Shown in pieces: positions 51,609 to 64,000 of a stretch of DNA of 64,000 bases (within the stretch, counting starts at the first letter, position 1; each line of letters opens with the position of its first letter). Source of the stretch: Ramazzottius varieornatus. Taxonomy: Eukaryota > Animalia > Tardigrada. Location: contig BDGG01000008.1 of assembly GCA_001949185.1 (NCBI GenBank), forward strand, positions 1,612,001 through 1,676,000, read 5' to 3'. The position numbers and the translations under genes are program-made. Below the pieces are notes generated by a model that had not been told where the DNA came from, did not search any database, and was given only the letters and a program-made list of their open reading frames with translations.

Positions 51609-52591
51609 TCAAGAACTGCCCCAGGCTCGAACAGGCAGAGCCGACTTGAAGCCCGCTATCATATTTTCATAGATCTCCGAGCGTGGCGGACGACATGTAT
51701 CCAAATCACTATCGAAAGTCACTAACGGCAGATCAGCGGTGCTCAGGCAGTAGGGATTTAGAGTGTCGTTGATGATCTTTGTTCTTGGCCTCCTTCTGGG
51801 CAGCGGACATCTGGTTTGGGTTCGTCCGAAAGTCGACGAAGACCGAGGCTTGATACCTGTCTTGAAATTCCCTTTCACGCATTCGTACTGGATTGCCATG
51901 CCGTCTGGAGTGGAAGGATCCATATACAGCTGGTACAGTTGATGAGGCGCTGTGAAAACACGTTGGTCACATAACGTCAGAAACTGAGAACTGGCCATGC
52001 GAAAGATACGAGTCGTAATCTTCAGTGGCGCATCTTTCAACCCACTAGCAATGAAATCGTGCGCCACTTCAGACAGCAATAAATCTTGTGCACTGTACGG
52101 TTTACTTGACCAGTTCCCTCTTGTGATTTTTTTGCGGAATAACTAGGAGGCTACTAACTTACAAGGATTTGCAGTCGTGTCAGTCTGAACGAGGTAGAAA
52201 GTCGCAACGCCGTCCAGGCGTCCTAACATGAGAACATATCGCCCGACGCAAGATCCGTTTCTGTTCATGACGGATATTCTTTGGTCGATCATAACTGTAG
52301 GTATATCGGTCCCGAGATGTACGTTTTTCCAATAATGGTGTTACTGATGACTTTATTGCGAGACAAAGAGGATGGGTCCTTCTTCATGTATTGATACCAG
52401 GTGCCTGCCATTGCCTCCCGGTCCACCTGAATGGAGGTTGCCAAAACTGACGGAAGGCCGCAACATTTGTTGGTCGGGCTCCCACCTCCACCATCGGCGC
52501 GCTTCTGTCCATCCTGCAACGCGCAGAGCGCTGGTTTGAGAACCACAACGCAAACTACAACGGCCAGGAGGTTAGACACTCACCTAGTCAT
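51609..52591 (-). pseudogene. Lipocalin-like secreted protein paralog with disrupted reading frame
   Basis: Paralog of 54397-55507. In-frame TGA at codon 4 (ATG ACT AGG TGA), a frameshift near 52310, and a frame-shifted stretch in exon 2. Confidence 0.7.
52022..52070. repeat. 49-bp palindromic element, 1 unit, intron of the lipocalin-like pseudogene
   Basis: tcagtggcgcat-N25-gtgcgccacttc. Confidence 0.85.
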
Positions 52592-52664
52592 TCGGGACTC
52601 TCTCAAGAAAAGAATAAGAGTTCTGAGGAGAGCTGAACCAAGTCAGAGAACTTCGGCGTCTTGA

Positions 52665-53095
52665 GTAAGCAACGCTTTGAAACCAACGATTATATTGCTA
52701 TAAATTTCTGGGCGCCGTGGTTGGCAAGCTGACAAGTTATTGTCGAAGGTTTGCACCTGCAATCCGTAATGCTGAGGCAGTATAGCTTCAGGGTATCATT
52801 GATAATCTTATTTTTCGCTTCTTTCTGCGCCGCGGACAACTACTTTGGGGTTTTCCCCCTTCCGCTTAACGTAGGGTACGTCACAAACGCCGGTTCCAAA
52901 GTTCGGCTTGGCGCATTCGTACTGGATAGTCATGCCGTCCAAAGAAAGGTCCAGGTAGAGTTGATTCAACTGATGGTTTTGCTCAGTAACAGATGACAAG
53001 CCTGTGTTTTTTCTTTTCAGTGTTTGGAATATTCGGGAACGAGAATTGTGTTCGAGAAGCGATTAAATTTGTGGTTTGATATGTAGCAGGAAAGA
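52665..53095. pseudogene. Chimeric duplicate: lipocalin-like exon 2 (minus) joined to a copy of SRP9 intron 2/exon 3 (plus)
   Basis: 52665-52976 resembles 54410-54725 with deletions; 52981-53042 resembles 51328-51389. Confidence 0.8.
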
Positions 53096-53545
53096 AGCGA
53101 CGATCAAATTCCATTCATCTCGTAGCCTAGAGCCAAAGTTTGTCTCAGTTAGGAGCGGACGAGAAGTGGAGCAAGATCACGAAAGCGTATTCGAACTCGG
53201 CATCGTCGAAGCGGCAGTTTGTGGGTCGTTGGACTAAATCCGCAGGCTACCTTACTACGTATGAGCATCAGTTGTGTTGAAGCCTGTCATTTTACAGGTT
53301 TATTATGCTCAAACATGTGCCCAGAAAATTATGTTCATTGACTGGTTCCATCTCTCAGATAGCTATAGCTAGAGTCAAAGTTTTTCTCAGTTGGGAGCGG
53401 AAGAGAAGTGTACCAAGATTAGAAAAGCTTATTAGGTCTCCGGGTCACCGAAGAAGCAATTTATGGACTTTTGGCCTAAATCCACAGGCTATTGCAATAG
53501 GAGCACTAATTTGAAAAGTGCTCCGGACACCATCGAAAACCACCA

Positions 53546-53983
53546 GTGTCTCCGCACACTACGTTTTCACCACCGTTCGTTTGGACGTACCAGGTGAAAG
53601 ACCAGTTGTGGCTTCTCTACGGATGGAAACTACACGAGGATGAAGACCTCACTTGTAGCTACGTGTCTGTACAACATCAGCAGAACGGTTTCGACTGCGG
53701 CTTCTTCGCATTCGCGTGCGTCTACGGGATAATTGATGGCCGAGATCCGGGGACAGCATCTTTCTCCGGCAAAACACTGCGAAAGCGGTTCTATGACAGT
53801 TCCAACAATAAAAAGATCGAGAAACTGTCACGCCGTCGAGGGAGTCCTGGTACCAGAGTGGGATATCAAAGCGCGGTCACTATGACCAAAGACCTAACGG
53901 TGTTGTGGCAAGCTCAGAGAACAGGAACGACTCATGATCCTGAAGATCGTGCTATCGATGAAACCCTCGTAACAGAAATTTAG
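53546..53983 (+). mobile_element. Ulp1/peptidase C48-like fragment, probably a transposon remnant
   Basis: VQHQQNGFDCGFFAFA catalytic-Cys motif with no upstream His/Asp region visible. A diverged direct repeat of about 120 bp lies upstream (about 53128 and 53370). Confidence 0.5.
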
Positions 53984-54396
53984 GGAACAATCAGCGTAGG
54001 ATTTCACGTGCAGTTTGACCAGAAGCCCGCGCATTTCGTCTCGTTGCTGACATGAGCATCGGCTTCCACAAGTCTTGTTTTGCAGCAAATATGTGAAAAG
54101 CGCCTGGCGAGTAGTCGAAATTTTTAACGTCTATACGCGGAAGTAGCGGCTTTATTTCAAACGCCTTCAGCCTTCTGGAATCATGACCGTACCTACATCA
54201 GTATTACGTAATAGTAATAAATTACTGCTGTTTTGCTTTGCGAAGTATACTGTGAATTCATGGCGGACTCTTCAGATAAAGGAGATCTCGTTTATCTGAA
54301 ACTCCCTCTGCATTCAGGTTGGAAAGCGCTCGGAGTGGTAGTTTTCTGACAACACTCAATGAAAATATATTTTGAAATACGTGAAGCGATCGCTTA

Positions 54397-55507
54397 TTAT
54401 GTACGCATTGGTAGCGAAGCTTTGAAACCAGCGATCATATTACTATAAATTTCTGGGCGCGGTGGTTGGCAAGCTGACAAGTTATTGTCGAAGGTTTGCT
54501 CCTGCAAGTCTGTAATGCTAAGGCAGTATGGCTTCAGGGTATCATTAATAATCTTATTTTTCGCTTCTTTCTGCGCCGCGGACAACTGGTTTGGGTTTAT
54601 GCGCACGTCCACGTAAACGTACGGCACGTCACAAACGCCGGTTCCAAAGTTCGGCTTGGCGCATTCGTACTGGATAGCCATGCCTTCCGAAGAAGGGTCC
54701 AGGTAGAGTTGATACAGCTGATGGATGGCTAGAAAGCAGAAAAACGGGAATTTTGAAATCATGAGAGCCCGCAGACAACGTTGAAGATATGATGATCCCA
54801 AGTGCGGCGCGCTTCCAACTAACCACACTGAAAACGTACGCCACTTGGGGTTTTGATAAGGCTGGTCTTCAATGTGGCGCAGTCTCCTGGCCAATGTTGC
54901 CGAAAAAGTGCGCGACTTGAGAAAAACGTCACTGTCGATTTGCTCAAGTGGCGCGCGTTTGCGGTCAGTAAGAATACAGACGTCCACCACTTGGGAACTC
55001 GGATCTTGGCGAGTTTGTTTGTGAGTCGCCCTGTCTGTGCTTGTGTTTACTTGGGTTCGTGGTTCTGTCGGTCTGGACTCGGTAATACGTTGCTATTCCA
55101 TCGACACGACCGACGATGAGGTTAAACCGTCCAATGCATGCGGCGGATGCATCTCGATTGGTGATGGTTATTTTCTGATCGGTCATAACAGCCGAAATGC
55201 TGGTTCCGGGGTAGTAAGTCCTTTCGACGATGGTGTTCTCAAGGACCTTGTTTAGGGTGAGGGGCAGGTTGTCCTTTTTCATGTACTGGTACCACACTCC
55301 GACCATCCGCTCGCGGTCTGTTGGAATGGAGGATGCCATGACCGACGGCAGGCCACAAGCAGGGATTGATGAGTTGGAGCCATAAGCGCGTCCTTGCATC
55401 GAGCTGGCGAGCTGTCTGTCATTCGAGAACTGACCGTTCGCCTCGCAGTAGACCAGCTGGACGGCGAGATAAACAGCGGTAAGCAATAGAGAAAAAGAAA
55501 GGTCCAT
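54397..55507 (-). CDS. Secreted lipocalin-like protein, 262 aa, 2 exons
   Basis: Exons 55507-55051 and 54728-54397 join in frame (789 nt); signal peptide; TDRERMVGVWYQY resembles the lipocalin GxW motif; six Cys in the mature region. Confidence 0.7.
54799..54993. repeat. Palindromic element, 3 tandem units (72- and 74-bp periods), lipocalin-like intron
   Basis: Units start at 54799, 54871 and 54945, each N25; followed by gatcttggcgagtttgttt. Confidence 0.88.
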
Positions 55508-56707
55508 CTTTGAGATTTGCGGTTAGAACTGAGCAGGTGGATCTGACGAGGAAGAGCGCAGTTATAATCCCGCAAACGTCATCGAAAAATGTAAACGTGG
55601 CACGACGGAACGACTAACAATGTTTCGGCCGGATCTTTTCATCTACCCCGAAGCAAAGTATTCCGACTTTCTAGCTACCGCGCCACGTAGTCATCAAATC
55701 GAGTCTCTTGGTGGACAGACAGCAGATGCTTTCAGACATATGAAGATGATACGTTAACGCTCCTTCTGGCTTCGAGATACCTTTTTCGACCGATCAAAGC
55801 GATGTGACGTGCAGTAACGGAAGTGAACAAAACACAGGCGAGTAACTTGAGGCTGAAACCGCCGGTGCTCCACGAGACGGAGATAACCGTAAGGCGTTTG
55901 TCATTACGGGATATTATCAATAATCGTGCTGTGCGTAACCAAATAGTCGCTGGCATCGCTTACTATAATTGAACTAGGGAATCTTCTTCTGGAACTTTTC
56001 CCATGGTGCTGCGCCCTGTCGTCTGCAACTCGTAAGAGAAACCAACACGTCCCTGTACCTCGGCCATTCGATGTGCGTGACCATCCGCTATTTCGTCAAG
56101 CTCATCGCCGGCTGCTTCAGCGACCGCCACGGCCGCATCGCTCGTCTTCGGTTCTGGGCCGTAACCTTTCCGGTGTCCTTCCGCCATTACTTCGTAACCC
56201 AAACAGCAGCGACGCACGCGCTCTACATCTGCGCGGGAATGATTGTACGCTTACGTTCACGTAACTTAGCACTCACGCCAGACATTGTCATTGACATTTT
56301 GGGTCGTTCGACGCCAGACATTGTCATTGACTCTTTTTGAAGCGCATGGAAAACGAACCTTTACTACTCACTTTCCGTAATTGCTTGACCATCATTTTAT
56401 CACCAAAAGAATTTCTTGAACACGAAATCCACTCACTGCGGAATCTCAGGCCTGAAAGTATATCGATAAAACCAAACAATCTACGAACAAGGAAAGTGGC
56501 ACAGCAATAGGCTCACGGTTTCTAACAAAGACTTCAAGGTAAACCAACAACGTTCAATACAAAGCATCTAGATGTTTGGATTTGGAATAGGGTCCGTCTT
56601 TCTGGGCATGACCTCTGTCTGGCTGTCCGAAGCTTGCTCGTCGCTCCCGAATGTCATCTTCTCGTGGGTCCACGTACCGTGACGGGAGGTTGTGGCAGGC
56701 AGGACAT

Positions 56708-56983
56708 TCAGCAGCGCAGCGACCTTTTCATCGTCCCTATCCAGGTTGGCTTTCGTACGCGTGGGGGTAGACTGGTCCTCGCCGTTGCCGGCGGTGGAGT
56801 CGAGCTGAGGCTGAGAACCGGAGTCATCGTGGAAGTCGGCGTAGCAGCGGTCGTAGCCCCAGTAAAGCGACGGCCCTCTCTTCCTCGATGACGGAAACGA
56901 CGGCGAAGATGACGACCGGACGTCGACTCCAGCATGCACAGCAACGGAAGAGCCGCCACGATCAGGACCTTCAGCGACACCAT
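56708..56983 (-). CDS. Small secreted cationic, Thr/Pro-rich peptide (91 aa)
   Basis: MVSLKVLIVAALPLLCMLESTSG signal, then RHLRRRFRHRGREGRR; family not recognised. Confidence 0.5.
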   Translation of the reverse strand: MVSLKVLIVAALPLLCMLESTSGRHLRRRFRHRGREGRRFTGATTAATPTSTMTPVLSLSSTPPPATARTSLPPRVRKPTWIGTMKRSLRC

Positions 56984-57413
56984 GTTGCCGAAACATCGAA
57001 ATGTTAGAACTCTTTGATACTGTCGAGCGGATAGTGTGCGTTTTCCAATCAATGCAATTCATTACAGACTTAATAAGAATTACACTTCATGTGTTAGTCA
57101 GGGTGGAGCACCGTTTTATCCCACAAATCTTAGTTAATGTAATTCAAACAGGTAACACAAGATTAGATTTCGGCCATGAGAAATCACAGAGGAGAATGGG
57201 AAACGGTAACAAGCTATCAGAGTTCCACGTATCACATCTACAGTCAGCCATCATCCAATATATCACTTGAGGTTCGGCGGGAAATCAAAGACAACTACTT
57301 CCGAGTTATCCACAATCAGTTCTAAGGCACTATCCATCAGTGAAAACAAAAACTGGCCCGTCAAGAGAAAAAACAAAACAGATTATTGAACAAACGAAGA
57401 TTCAGCTTTGAAA

Positions 57414-63946
<6,533 letters not shown>

Positions 63947-64000
63947 ATAACAGAAAAAAATTGATGCAGGCTCTAAAAAAAAGCTGACAGAAAAACTCGA

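Noticed and set aside
54799-54993. Tandem palindrome arrays as a CRISPR array
   Set aside because: Eukaryotic introns, spacers homologous to each other, repeats inverted rather than direct, and no cas genes.
55963-56217. GC-rich ORF-like stretch
   Set aside because: No frame gave a recognisable product.

Overview
Compact, intron-rich animal genomic DNA with about 20 spliced genes and mostly short GT-AG introns. The gene style suggests a tardigrade such as Ramazzottius; this is inference and was not verified. Recognisable genes are an L-galactose-dehydrogenase-like aldo-keto reductase, SCAP, an IQ-domain dynein regulatory complex protein, SOAT/ACAT, an MS4A/CD20-like tetraspan, GNL1, a C-type lectin, an emc/ID HLH protein, a cyclase-less natriuretic-peptide-receptor-like protein, LHFPL/TMHS, a GH3-domain protein, DNAAF3, Derlin-2, SRP9, a lipocalin-like cluster and a 5'-truncated MRP1/ABCC transporter. 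There is also one tRNA-Lys(TTT), one 5S rRNA, several hAT, Tc1 and Harbinger remnants, and small orphan secreted proteins. The strongest unexplained signal is a dispersed 49-bp palindrome, CAAGTGGCGCAC-N25-GTGCGCCACTTG. It occurs as 21 units at 16 loci, 15 of them inside introns of 11 genes, and the spacer is exactly 25 nt in 18 units despite heavy sequence divergence. Other candidates are an orphan ER-lumen protein ending KDEI, a mannose-6-phosphate-receptor-like protein with no luminal domain, a lectin with LEA-like 11-mers, and a receptor whose stop codon comes from a MITE. Exon boundaries and counts were derived by hand and may be off by a few bases.
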